64,000 bases of DNA from Malacoraja senta (GCA_038087875.1 CM075988.1:23128001-23192000); one strand, 5' to 3'. Positions 1-12,613 are shown, numbered from the stretch's first letter. A program made the numbers and translations. The notes: generated by a model from the letters alone, not told the origin.

Positions 1-1646
1 ACAGTTGTTTGGTGAAGCTTCATCATGGCCAATATCAACCACAAAGTGAAGTCAATGATTGCAAGTACCAAGAATCCTCTCCTAAATTGAATCTTGAACT
101 GACTTGAAACTCAATGACTGGGCGGGTGGGACAGAAGCCTAACATCTCACACCACCAGGTTCAAGAACAGCTCCTTTCCTGCAACTATTAGCTTCTTGAT
201 CTTCCCTTTTGCACTGCCATGGACTTGCTTCCTAATTGTGTATTTTTGCACAAATTTTCTTTCAGTGTGCGGTAGAATTTGTGCATGATTTATATATAAC
301 TTCGGTTTTTAGTCTGCTGTCTGAGTCCATGTGCCTGTGAGCAAGTTTTTAATTATACCTGAAGTTCGTCGAGCTTGTGTTTGTGACTACAATCTCGACT
401 TGACTTGATGTGATGCACTGCAGACATACCTATCACAGTCTATTGATGAGACTCCAGCACCCTGAGTCACCCCATTCACAAGAACCGGCAGAGAAACTAT
501 ATGAAGGGTTTGCTACATAGTTCAATGCACTTTTTTGACTGAGTTTTGCGTACGTTTCATTCATACTCAGAGGGGAAGAGATCATCCTTCAAAAGGCATG
601 GTCTGTTTTAAGAAATATGATTGTATTATCACTGCCCTCTGGTGGTCAGATGATGTTACGAAAATAAAAGTATCTTCACACAGAGAGGCATGTGGTGAAC
701 TTTGTTGGACTGTGACAAACGTTCATGCAAAGGGTGGTAGGTGTATGGAATGAGCTGCCAGAGGAGGTAGTTGAGGTAGGGACTATTGCAATGTTTAAGA
801 AACAGACAGGTAAAGGATAGGACAGGATTGGAGGGGAAAGGGACATGTTGGGCAAGTAGGCAAGTAGACACTGTATGCCTCTTTGACTACGTTTTAATCA
901 ATTTTCCTTCAAAGGGAATGGAACAATTATCCCACAATCTCATTCACTTCCCACACTAGAGACAATTAAAATTTTTATTTCACAGATACTAATTAACCCA
1001 TAAACCCGCATCGTCTTTGGGATGTGGGAGGAAACTGGGACACCCGAAGGAATCCCACGCGGTCACAGGGAGAACGTGCAAACTCTGCACAGACAGCGCC
1101 TGAGGTTAGGATCGAACCCGGGACTCTGGCGATGTGCGGCAGCGGCTCTACCGGCTGTGCCACCGTGCTGCCCGACCTTTACCGTTATCTTTTCCAGCTG
1201 CAATGGATGGTTATTGACATGTCAATTGTCTTTCACTCTGCAGAGACGTCCCTTGACCATCAGGTTCAGTCAAGTCAGGTCGGGTTTACAAGGACGCTGA
1301 GCTACTAGTCCAGTGACAATCCTGCTCACAGCAGCATCACCAGCGCATAAACTCAGACAAACGCACAAAAACAAATTATACATAAATGACACTGAAGAAG
1401 GGTCTCGACCCGAAACTTCACCCATTCCTTTTCTCCACAGATGCTGCCTGCCCCGCTGAGTTACTCCAGCATTTTGTATCTATCTTCGGTTTAAACCAGC
1501 ATTTGCAGTTCCTTCCTACACAATGACACTTAACTTATTTGTTTGTGCACTACACGACTCTACGATTGCAAGGCATCAAAGGTGTTCTTTCCCCCATTCA
1601 TTGTACCCTTGGTGTGAGCGCGTGAAAACCCAAGACAGTATCCTAC

Positions 1647-1933
1647 CTGGCAGTTCCCTGCGAAGTTGCTCTGCAATGGTTGCGGACTGTAAGACATGAC
1701 CGAGGGGGGCCCCAGCATTGTGTAGCTGGGACAGGCAGCTTGCATGCACATGTCTTGCATGTACGGTGAGTTGACGGCATCGTGCGAGGGGTAACTGGGG
1801 CAAGGTGACCACTGTGACACCGGCTGTAGGCTGGCAGAGGATGGCTGAGGCAGCCATGTAGTGTGAAAGGTTCCCTCCTCAGCAGGTTGCACTGGTGATG
1901 AAGCAGCATCTGTCTCATGGAACACCGGATGTC
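1647..1933 (-). CDS. POU2AF1: POU2AF1 coding exon 4
   Basis: Acceptor ttatcttcag|GA; GHPVFHETDAA...EEGTFHTTWLPQPSSASLQPVSQWSPCPSYPSHDAVNSPYMQDMCMQAACPSYTMLGPPSVMSYSPQPLQSNFAGNCQ|gtagga aligns to human WLSQPTPATLQPLAPW...HEAVSCPYSADMYVQPVCPSYTVVGPSSVLTYAS. 287 nt. Confidence 0.93.
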
Positions 1934-2057
1934 CTGAAGATAAGAACAAAATAGCAGCAAGAAATTAATAATACACACACACATTCTCAGCCTTGATTGG
2001 CAGTGAACACTGATGCCAACAAACTTTCCTAAAATTATGCATTCTATGCTTTGAAAA

Positions 2058-2434
2058 GTATAGAGATTGTTAAGGGCTTGGACACGCTAGAGGCAGGAAA
2101 CATATTCCCGATGTTGGGGGAGTCCAGAACCAGGGGCCACAGTTTAAGAATAAGGAGTAAGCCATTTAGAACGGAGACGAGGAAACACTTTTTCTCACAG
2201 AGAGTGGTGAGTGTGGAATTCTCTGCCTCAGAGGGTGGTGGAGGCTGGTTCTCTGGATGCTTTCAAGAGAGAGCTAGATTGGGCTCTTAAGGATAGCGGA
2301 GTCAGGGGATATGGGGAGAAGGCAGGAACGGGGTACTGATTGGGGATGATCAGCCATGATCACATTGAATGGCGGTGCTGGCTCGAAGAGCCAAATGGCC
2401 TACTCCTGCACCTATTGTCTATTGTCTATTGTCT
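2058..2434 (+). mobile_element. CR1 LINE 3' end
   Basis: RTRGHSLRI motif and (CTATTGT)n tail. Confidence 0.9.
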
Positions 2435-3169
2435 AAAATTCTATAACATCATTATTAAAACGATTTAATAGGAATCCGATGGGTAACTTTTTCACACAAA
2501 GGGTGGCGGGTGTATGGAACGAGCTGCCGGAGGAGGTAGTTGAGGCAGGAACTATCGCAACATTTAAGAAACATTTAGACAGGTACATGGATAGGACAGG
2601 TTTAGAGGGATTTGCAGGCAGGTAGGACTAGTGTAGATGGGACATATTGGCCGGTGTGGGCAAGTTGGGCCAAAGGGCCTGTTTCCACACTGTAATGACT
2701 CCATTACAGAACTAAAGTTGCTCGAATGAGGCTACAGGTGCAGCCGGCACCCATTGGCAACTGTTTTTCCGGCATCGCTTCCTCAGCCTTTCCAGATTAT
2801 CCATTTTGCCGGACCAACAGAGGTCACGTACTAGTAACTCTACAATACACCTCTGACCCACTAATGATACCCTCCTGTGTCTTTAAGGCACCATGGGCTG
2901 CTAGAAACCTGAATAAAGAATTAACAATGAACAAAGAAATGAACAATAAACTCTTCCAGGACGGAGGCTCATGTCCCTAAAGACTTTGCTTCTCTCCAGG
3001 TTAAAGGAGGTGCCAGACCATCAGTTGCCGGAAAATCGGTGGTGGACCTGTACTTATATAAAAAAACTGAACACATTCCCCGACAATGGAACTCTGCAGT
3101 CCTCCTCTTGCACTGTGATGGACTTGCTCGCTTTCTCTAACTGCGTTTTGGACTATTGTGGACTATATT

Positions 3170-3935
3170 GTATATCAAGAGGACTGGAATACAAAAACAG
3201 AGTTGTAATGCTGAGGCTCTACAAGGCGCTGGTCAGGCGGCATTTTGAGTACGGTGAGTAAATGTGGGCCCCATATCTGAGGAAGGATGTGCTGGCTCTG
3301 GAGAGGGTCCAGAGGAGGTTTACAAGAACGATCCCAGGAATGAGTGGGTTAGGTCGACAAAATTGCTGGAGAAACTCAGCGGGTGCGGCAGCATCTATGG
3401 AGCGAAGGAAATAGCTTCTATTTCCTTCGCTCCATAGATGCTGCCGCACCCGCTGAGTTTCTCCAGCAATTTTGTCGACCTTCGATTCTCCAGCATCTGC
3501 AGTTCCTTCTTGAACATGAGTGGGTTAGTATATGATGAGCGTTTGCCAGCACTGGGCCTCTACTCGCTGGAGTTTAGAAGGTTGAGGGGGGACCTCATTG
3601 AAACTTGCAGATTAATAAAAGGCATAGATAGAGTGGATGTGGAAAGGATGTTTCCACTGGTGGGAGAGTCTAGGACTAGAGGCCGTAGCCTCAGAATTAA
3701 AGGGCGCTCTTTTAGAAAGGAGGTAAGGAGGAAGTTCTTTAGTTAGAGGGTAGTTAATCTGTGGAACTCATTGCCACAGAGGGCTGTGGAGGCCAGGTTA
3801 GTGGATATTTTTAAGGCAGAGATTCTTGATTAGAACGGGTGTCAAGGGTTATGGGGAGAAGGCAGGAAAATGGGATTAGGAGGTAGAGATCAGCCATGAT
3901 TGAACGACGGGAGTAGACTGGCCTAATTCTATTCC
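3170..3935 (+). mobile_element. CR1 LINE fragment, interrupted by the hairpin insertion
   Basis: LYKALVR...LGLYSLEFRRLRGDLIE...RTRG motifs. Confidence 0.85.
3351..3515. mobile_element. Palindromic Penelope-pLTR-derived insertion in a CR1 copy
   Basis: Perfect 64-bp inverted arms 3351-3414 and 3418-3481 with a 3-nt loop; flanked by direct repeat atgagtgggttag (3340-3352, 3516-3528). Confidence 0.8.
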
Positions 3936-4373
3936 TAGAACTTGCAAAAGTCTTCTTTGCAGAGACATGGGTCGGGTGGCAAATTGGGCAAACAAGTGAC
4001 AGGTGAAAGTTAAAACAAAAAAGTGTAAAGTGATAGATATTAGCAGAAAGAAAACAGGGAGTGAATATTGATTCGATGCCACAGATTTGAAGTGTGTGGA
4101 GGAGTGGTGGGACCTGGGTGCATAATTCTTTGTAAGTGGCAGTGATCATTAAGAAAGGAATTAATAAAACAAATGGGATCCTGAACTTTATAGATGGAGG
4201 CACAGAGTATAAAGAGTGAGAGACCTAATTTAATCTTTATAAAGTACTGGTTATGCCAGAACTGGAGTATTCATTCAATGAACATGCTTTAGAAAGAACA
4301 TAAAAGCTCTGAAAGGGTCCAGTGGAAATTCACTGTAATGGTTCCAGGAATGTTGGATTTTAGCTACAAGGTT

Positions 4374-4548
4374 AAAGGCCTGTCCCACTTGGGCGTCATT
4401 TGCGTGCCACGCATGGTGACGTAGGCAATGACGCGCGCGACCGCGCGTCATTGCCTACGTCACCATGCGTGCATCACGTGCTTCGTGACGTGTAAATGAT
4501 ATCGTGTAAATGACGCGCAAATGACTCCCAAGTGGGACAGGCCCTTTA
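4374..4548. mobile_element. MITE with ggcctgtcccac termini
   Basis: ggcctgtcccacttggg...cccaagtgggacaggcc; CpG-rich palindromic interior. Confidence 0.8.
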
Positions 4549-6085
4549 GACACTAGAATCTGAGATAATTCTCTTTGGAACAATGGAGGTTGAGCAGAGA
4601 TTTGATGGAGGGTTTCAAGGTGTAGCTGGGGTTAGCAAAGAGAAACTGTTCTGTTTGCAAAAGGTTTGAGGATCTGGGGCACAAAGTGATGTGGCAAATA
4701 TAAGAATATATTGTGAATATAAGAAGTTATTTTTATATATGCTGAGATTGGTTGTGAATGGGAATTCATGGCATGCATACTCTCAAAAGGGAATAACATT
4801 GGTACTCCCGGGATTGAGTGGGTTAACATATGATGATGGTTTGACCGCACGGGGCCTACACTCGCTGGAGTTTACAAGGATGTTGGGGGACTTCATTGAA
4901 ACTTACTGAATAGTGAAAGGCCTGGATAGAGTGGATGCAGAGAGGATGTTTCCACTAGTGGGAGAGTCTAGGATCAGAGGAGGTTGGTGAATCTGTGGAA
5001 TTCATTGCCACAGATGGCTGTGGAGGCCAAGTCATTGGGCATTTTTAAAGTGGAGATTGACAGATTCTTGGTTAGTACGGGTGTCAGGGGTTACGGGGGG
5101 AAGGCAGGAGAATGGGGTTGAAAGGGAAAGATAGATCAGCCCTGATTGAATGGCGGAATAGACTCAATGGGCCGAATGGCCTAATTCTGCTCCTGTGAAT
5201 TTATGAACTTGAATACACTAACATACCCCAATGCAGTTTAGGGAATGGCCAACCTCTAGGAGCAGAGGTAGGTCATTCGGCCGATCAAGTCTACTCAGCC
5301 ATTCAATCGTGGCTGATCTATCCTTCACTCTCAACCCCATTCTCCTGCCTCCTCCCCATAACCCCTGACACCCGCCACAATCAAAATACAATAACCTAAC
5401 GCAGACCTATACCCAATCAATCCATGAAAGATTCCGCACCCTGGTGGGTGTAGGAGCTCTAGGAGTACTTGGTGAAGGCAAAGGACACAATCTAGAAGTA
5501 GTACCTTCCCACAAAAGTGTCCATTACTCAGTACAGTAATAAAGCCTCAGTCCCATCAGCAACACTGATGGAGACATCATTAAAAATGATGGACATGCTG
5601 GAGGAACTCATTTACTGGAGTAAACCAAATGGTAGAATAACCCAGAACGGTCTCGACCCAAAATATCACCTATCCATTTTCTCCAGAGATACTGCCTGAC
5701 CCGTATTTTGACTCCGGCATTTGGTGTCCATCTTTGGTATAAACCAGCACCTACAGTTCCTTTTCATTTTATTAAAAGTGATTCTATTTAACACAATATC
5801 TGGTGATAAAAAATAACTGGCGGCTGGTTCTATTCGCTGACGGTCGCCAAAAGAAAGCAAATGATTATGGACCATAGTTACCGTTTTATGTCATAATATT
5901 TGGCACATATGATATAAACAAAAAATAACTAAAATAATGCCAGCTCACTGTCTCTGGCGATAAAAACAATGCCAATTTTAAATGGACTAACAATGACTTA
6001 CTGTATGTACTGTAGATAAATTATTAGGAGTTTCTAGCTGTCAAGTTACACTATTTATGCATTAACTATGTACATTGAATCTTAC

Positions 6086-6128
6086 CTATTTGTGAATAGC
6101 ATGTCATTGAGAGATGTGGCAAAACCAT
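6086..6128 (-). CDS. POU2AF1: POU2AF1 coding exon 3 (43 nt, MVLPHLSMTCYSQI-G)
   Basis: tttatgccaagcag|ATGGTTTTGCCACAT...CAAATAG|gtaaga; peptide aligns to human VVLPHQPLATYTTVG. Too short for the ORF track; read by hand. Confidence 0.85.
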
Positions 6129-6330
6129 CTGCTTGGCATAAACAAAAATACACAATTAGAAAAATGATAATATATGTTGTTGCTGTAAATACAAGATATT
6201 TTGATCTGAGGAATGCGATTAGTAATTTTATTTTGTAGGTAGGAACTACAGATGCTGGTTTACACTGAAGACAGACACAAAATGCTGGAGTACCTCAGCT
6301 GGACAGGCAGCATCTCTGGATAGAAGGAAT

Positions 6331-6365
6331 GGGTGACGTTTCGGGTCGAGACCCTTCTTCAGACT
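6331..6365 (-). ncRNA. Minimal hammerhead-ribozyme-like core in a Penelope-derived repeat (intron 2, sense to POU2AF1)
   Basis: agt-CTGAAGA-a-GGGT-ctcg-ACCC-GAAAC-GTC-accc on the minus strand. Confidence 0.6.
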
Positions 6366-7436
6366 GAGAGTCGGGGGAGAGGGAGACACAAAGATAAGGA
6401 AGGGTGAAAATGAGACATCAAAATAGATGCGGGCCAAGGAGATTGTAGAATAGATCGTTGTTAGCTCGGAGCAGGTGACAGAAATAAAACAATATTTAAT
6501 CTGTAACTATCTGGCTATGTTTGCTATGTTCTGTAACTGGCAATGTCAGGTCTGTGCCGCAGAGTCTGAAGGTTGTTGTATCCAATGTTGGTCACCATAC
6601 TTTATAGAAAGGGCGTGAACTTCAAGAGATGTCGGAGAAGGTTTCACTGGGATAGTCCCCGTGATAGACGTTTCTGTTGCAAGGCTAGATTGGAAAAGCT
6701 GGGATTGTTCTCTTCAGTCTGTGGAATTCTCTGCCTCAGAGGGCGGTGGAGGCAGGTTCTCTGGATGCTTTCAAGAGGGAGCTAGATAGGGCTCTTAAAA
6801 ATAGCGGAGTCAGGGGATATGGGGAGAAGGCAGGAACGGGGTACTGATTGGGGATGATCAGCCATGATCACATTGAATGGCGGTGCTGGCTCCAAGGGCC
6901 GAATGGCCTACTCCTGCACCTATTGTCTATTGTCTATTGTCTATCACAGAGGTTGAGAAGAGAATTGTCCGTGGCGTTTGAGATCATGATGGGTTTTGAC
7001 ATGGATAGATGGTCCCTGTAGCACATGTTCCAAGGACCAGAGGTCGCAGATGTATGACTGTAGTGGGGTGATGGTGGAAAGTTGTTTTCACACTGGAGTC
7101 CCCAATGACCGGTGGTGTGTCTCAGGAGTCATAGAGTGGAACAGCGTGGAAACTGGCCCATCTGCTCAACGTTCCCACACCTGCCAACATGTCCCATCTA
7201 CACTAGTCCCACCTGCCTGCGTTTGGCCCATATCCCTCCAAACCTGTCCTATCCATGCACCTGTTTAACTGTTTCTTAACTGTTGGGATAGTCCCAGCCT
7301 CAACTGCCTCCTCTGGCAGCTCGTTCCATACACCCACCACCATTTGTGTGAAATATTTACCCCCTCAGATTCCTATTATACAGTGCCGGGTCCATTGGTG
7401 TTTGACACCTACATCAAGAATTTGGTTGGGAGCGAG

Positions 7437-7746
7437 TAAAACCCCTGTCCCACGGTACGAGTTCATTCCAAGAGCTCTCCCGAGTTTGCCCTGATTCAAA
7501 CTCGGAGATTTACGGTAATGGCCACTCGTCGGTACTCGGGGCTCTCGTGGACATTGTTCAACATGTTGAAAAATCTTCACGAGTCTTCCCCTGCTTACCT
7601 GCCGTTAGCGTTACGAGCCGCTAAGAGACGTCCCCGAGCTCCGACGTACCCGCTACGTTCATTCTCCGTGCTTACCACGAGTTTGATTTTTTTTAAAACT
7701 CGGGAGAGCTCTTGGAATGAACTTGTACCGTGGGACAGGGCTTTAA
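7437..7746. mobile_element. MITE with cctgtcccac termini
   Basis: ccctgtcccacggtac...gtaccgtgggacaggg. Confidence 0.8.
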
Positions 7747-7933
7747 GGCATGGTTAGTAAGTTTGCTGATGCACTGCAATAGGTGGTGTCATGGATAGTG
7801 CAAGAGGTCATTAAGAATTACAGAGGGATCTTGATCAGCTGGGTTCACGGAATGGCAAATGGATTTCAATTCACATATGTGCGATGAATTACATTTTGGG
7901 AAGTAAAACCAAGGTAGGACCTTTCGATATTAT

Positions 7934-8225
7934 AGTTTAGTTTAATTTACTTTAGTTTAGAAATACAGCGTAGAAACAAGCCCTTCGGCCCACCGAGTCT
8001 GCGCCGACCAGCGATCACCCACACACTTGTTCTACCTTACTCACTAGGGACAATTTACAGATGCCCAATTGACCTACAAACCTGCGCATCTTTGGAATGT
8101 GGGAGGAAACCGGAGCACCCGGAGAAAACCCACGCGGTCACAGGGAGAACGCACAAACTCTGTGCAGACAGCATCCGTTGTCTGGATCGAACCCGGGTCC
8201 CCGGCGCTGTAAGGCTGCAACTGCT
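7934..8225 (-). mobile_element. V-SINE (HE1-like) in intron 2
   Basis: Same consensus on the minus strand; (TTTAG)n tail on plus. Confidence 0.85.
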
Positions 8226-8318
8226 ACATCAGCGAGCGGTAATTTCATGATACGTGCCTGATTATAGGCTGAAAACAAACCGGCTGCACATATTGACAAA
8301 TACTACTAAAATGCTCAC

Positions 8319-8441
8319 CGAGCTGCTGGGAGTTTGTATTAGTGTTCTCAACGTTCTTTCTCTTTCTTTTAAGCAGTTCCTTTACGGGATCTTTCACACG
8401 GACACCTAAATAAGGTCGCTGCTGTGACTGGTCAGAAGAAG
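8319..8441 (-). CDS. POU2AF1: POU2AF1 coding exon 2 with the OCA (POU-binding) motif
   Basis: Acceptor cttttccag|; translates (P)SSDQSQQRPYLGVRVKDPVKELLKRKRKNVENT..., matching human RPYQGVRVKEPVKELLRRKR; donor TCG|GTGAGC. 123 nt. Confidence 0.95.
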
Positions 8442-9085
8442 CTGGAAAAGTAGGAAGCAATAAATTTTGAGTGAACATTTTTAAATATCATGTGCTGATA
8501 AGCCCATGAACACACTCTGCAATGTGTAGAGATGGCCAACAACCTCTTTGAGCAAATCATTTTTTCCTCTCTGTACTGTATTTTGTTAGACCAGATATTG
8601 TCAGGATATTCAACCGTGTTCCTTTATGATCCCTCGTGTTGTTAAGAAGACAGGTGGACACTGTCGGAGACACAAGAGACTGCAGATGCTGAATCAGAAG
8701 CAACAAACTAATGGCCGGAGGAACTCAGCAGTGGCGAGCAAGAATTAATATAGAGGGATACAGCATGGGAACAGGCCCTTCAGTCCAACTTGCCTACACC
8801 GACCAACATGTCCCATCTACACTAGTCCCACCTGCCTGCATTTGGCCCAGATCCTTTCTAAACCTGTCTATCCATGTAAGCTGTCTAATTGCTTATTTAA
8901 TGTTGCAATAGCCCATGCCTCATTTACCTCCTCGAGCAGCTCAGTTCATGCACCAGCCACCCTTTGTTGAAAAAGTTACCCTTCAGTCACCTAAAACCTT
9001 TTTCCTCCTTCACCTTAAACCTATGCCCTCTAGTTCGCGTTTATCCTACTCTGGGCAAGAGATTCTGAGTGTGCTCCCGAACTAT

Positions 9086-9505
9086 TAGAAACATAGAAAA
9101 TAGGTGCAGAGTAGGCCATTCGGCCCTTCGAGCCTGCACCGCCATTCAATATGATCATGGCTGATCATCCAACTCAGTATCCCGTACCTGCCTTCTCTCC
9201 ATACCCCCTGATCCCCTTAGCCACAAGGGCCACATCTAACTCACCTCTTAAATATAGCCAATGAACTGGCCTCAACTACCCTCTGTGGCAGAGAGTTCCA
9301 GAGATTCACCACTCTCTGTGTGAAAAAGTTTTTCCTCATCTCGGTCTTAAAGGATTTCCCCCTTATCCTTAAGCTGTGACCCCTTGTTCTGGACTTCCCC
9401 AACATCGGGAACAATCTTCCTGCATCTAGCCTGTCCAACCCCATAAGAATTTTGTACGTTTCTATAAGATCCCCTCTCAATCTCCTAAATTCTAGCGAGT
9501 ATAAG
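9086..9505 (-). mobile_element. CR1 LINE 3' end
   Basis: RRLRGDLIETYKIL...FFTQRVVNLWNSLP on the minus strand; (TTTCTATG)n-type tail. Confidence 0.9.
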
Positions 9506-10174
9506 CCAATTCCTAAGTATATTCCTCTCATGATTTTACACACCTCCATAAAATCACTCTTCATCCTCCTACGCACCAGGGAATAGAGTCCCAGCCTGCT
9601 CAACCTCTCCCCTATAGCCCAGGCTCTCGAGTTCTGGGTAACGTCCTCATAAATTGTTGACGTTTCTGGGTCGAGGGCCTGCACCAGGACGGAGAATGGA
9701 GGCGAGTGATAGCTGGTTTGTGGAGGAGAGAGGGAAGAGTGAGACAGACAGGGGCCCGTTGGTGCTCAGTAGACTGAAGAGGGATGAAGGATAGGAGAGG
9801 AGACGGAGCCACTGGTGGAGTTAGGACACTGAGGCAGCTGGGTGACAGGTGGAAGCAGATGAGGACAACGAATGGCAGATGGGGCCAGGTGGGAAGGGAA
9901 GGGTGAAGGTGGAGAGAACAGCTACTGAGTTCTCTATGGGCTCTCTCTGTCACCAATTGCAATTGAATGAACGATGGGAAGCAAACTGATTAGGAGGGGG
10001 CTTGACAGGATGAATGTGAAGATGATAGTCCCTCTGGTGGAGGAATTTAGGACAGCACTAGAATTTGGCCCATCAAGTCTACTCCGCCATTCAATCATGG
10101 CTGATCTATCTTTCCCTCTCAACCCCATTCTCTTGCCTTCTCCCCATAACCCCTGACACCCGTACTAATAAAGA

Positions 10175-10815
10175 ATGTTGGCCTTCATAACAAGAGGAGT
10201 TGAATATAGGAGCAAAGAGGTCCTTCTGCAGTTGTACAGGGCCCTAGTGAGACCACACCTGGAGTATTGTGTGCAGTTTTGGTCCCCTAATCTGAGGAAG
10301 GACATTCTTGCTATTGAGGGAGTGCAGCGTAGGTTTACAAGGTTAATTCCCGGGATGGCGGGACTGTCATATGGTGAGAGAATACAGCGGCTGGGCTTGT
10401 ACACTCTGGAGTTTAGAAGGATGAGATGGGATCTTATTGAAACATATAAGATTGTTAAGGGTTTGGACACACTCGAGACAGGAAACATGTTCCCGATGTT
10501 GGGGGAGTCCAGAACCAGGGGCCACAGTTTAAGAATAAGGGGCAAGCCATTTAGAACGGAGATAAGGAAACACTTTTTCACACAGAGAGTTGTGAGTCTG
10601 TGGAATTCTCTGCCTCAGAGGGCGGTGGAGGCCAGTTCTCTGGATACTTTCAAGAGAGAGCTAGATAGGGCTCTTAAAAATAGCGGAGTCAGGGGATATG
10701 GGGAGAAGGCAGGAACGGGGTACTGATTGTGAATGATCAGCCATGATCACATTGAATGGTGGTGCTGGCTCGAAGGGTCGAATAGCCTACTCCTGCATCT
10801 ATTGTCTATTGTCTA
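10175..10815 (+). mobile_element. CR1-clade LINE (HER1-like), 5'-truncated, young
   Basis: Open frame LYRALVRPHLEYCVQFWSP...RTRGHSLRI...FFTQRVVSLWNSLP (CR1 ORF2 C-terminus) plus 3'UTR ending in (CTATTGT)n. Confidence 0.93.
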
Positions 10816-10983
10816 TCTACCTCTGCCTTAAAAATATCCATTGACGTGCTCCACAGCCTTCTGTGGCAATGAATTCCACAGCTTCACCACCCTCTGACTA
10901 AAGAAATTCCTCCTCATCTCCTTCCTAAAGGAATGTCCTTTAATTCCGAGGCTGTGACCTCTGGTCCGAGACTCTCCCAGACT

Positions 10984-11268
10984 CAATAGACAATAGACAA
11001 TAGACAATAGGTGCAGGAGTAGCCCATCGGCCCTTCGAGCCAGCACCGGCATTCAATGTGATCATGGCTGATCATCCCCAATCAGTACCCCGTTCCAGCC
11101 TTCTCCCCATATCCCCTGACTCCGCTATTTTTAAGAGCCCTATCTAGCTCTCTCTTGAAAGCATCCCTAGAACCTGCCTCCACCGCCCTCTGAGGCAGAG
11201 AATTCCACAGACTCACCACTCTCTGTGAGAAAAAGTGTTTCCTCGTCTCCGTTCTAAATGGCTTACTC
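10984..11268 (-). mobile_element. CR1 LINE 3' end, inverted relative to 10175-10815
   Basis: (CAATAGA)n tail and FFSQRVVSLWNSLP on the minus strand. Confidence 0.9.
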
Positions 11269-12613
11269 CTGGTTTCATTTTCAATCTGTTCCCAGTTCTG
11301 ATGAAAAGATTTCGCCCTCACAATTTATCGCGTTGACCGCACACGCTGACTGAATATTTCCAAAATGTGCTCATTTTCGCGTGAGTCACCTTCACCTCAG
11401 CTGCCTTGGCCTTCTCTGGCCGACCAATGCCGGGTCACCCCCCCCCACCCCAACGGCACCTGCACCTGACTAAGTGAGAAACCACCAAACACACGCACGC
11501 TTCAAGTGATTCACTGCTGTTGTTTACTTGTCCTTACACCCATCACCCACAGCTGTAGGATGTTCGTGACTGTAATCTCCGACAAGATCTGAAACCTTAA
11601 TCACCCAAGAAAAAGGCACCGATTTCTGTCATTTTACTTTACAAGGCCATATTTTAAATGATTATCTAAAGATGAAGCAGGAATTATTAAATTATTATGT
11701 GTAGGAAGGAACTTGAGATGCTGGTTTAAACCGAAGATAAGACACAAAAAGCTGGACTTACTCAGCGGGACAGGCAGCATCTCTGGAGAAAAGGAACAGG
11801 CAATTCTTAGTCTGAAGAAGAGTCTCGATCCGAAACGTCACCTAGTGTATTCCTTTTCTCCAGAGATGTTGCCCGACCCGCTGAGTTACTCCAGCTTTTT
11901 GTGTCTATATTCGATGTAAACGAGCATCTGTAGTCCCTTCCTTGACATGTGCCATGAGATGCTGGTTCATACCCAAGATGGACACAAAGTGCTGGAGTAA
12001 CACAGCCAAATCTTGAGCCAACTCTGCCTTACTTCTCTGGTGACAAAAATCTATGCTTTATTCTCTCTCTCTCACCAGAGATGCTACCTGACCCACTGAG
12101 TTACTCCAGCTTTTTGTGTCTAACTTTGATTCCATTATTGATGGCTTCAGGTAGGTAAATCTAAAATATTACCCACCTTCCTAACAACTGCTAGTATGAA
12201 AGAGATACAAGGGACTGCTGATGTTGGAATCTTGAGCAATAAAACAAAGTGCTGGAGGAACTCAGTCAGTCAGGCAGCATATGTGGAGGGAATGGGCAGA
12301 TGACATTTAGGATCGGGTATCTTCTTAAGAATTGATAGCCCTCTCTTCTCCAACTTTCTCCCCGCCTACAATCAGACTGAAGAAGGGTCCCGACCTGAAA
12401 TATCATCTGCCTGAACTGCCGAGTTTAGTTTAGTTTAGAGATATTGTGCAGTAACTGACCCTTTGGCCCTCCGGGTCCACGCCGACCAGCGATCCCCGTA
12501 CACTAGTTCTATCCTACATATTAGGGACAATTTTCAGAAGCCAAGTAACTTACAAACCTGCACGTCTTTGGAGTGTGGGAGGAAACCGGAGCTTACCCGG
12601 AGAAAACCAACCC

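Noticed and set aside
1..1646. POU2AF1 final exon
   Set aside because: No peptide resembling the C-terminal region (YFPW...LTIDKLLLE) seen on the minus strand; probably outside the window.
5666..5875. Minus-strand ORF as an alternative exon 3
   Set aside because: No usable donor and no similarity to OCA-B; its 3' part is repeat-derived.
10175..10726. 183-aa ORF as a host gene
   Set aside because: It is the C-terminus of CR1 ORF2, repeated many times in the window.
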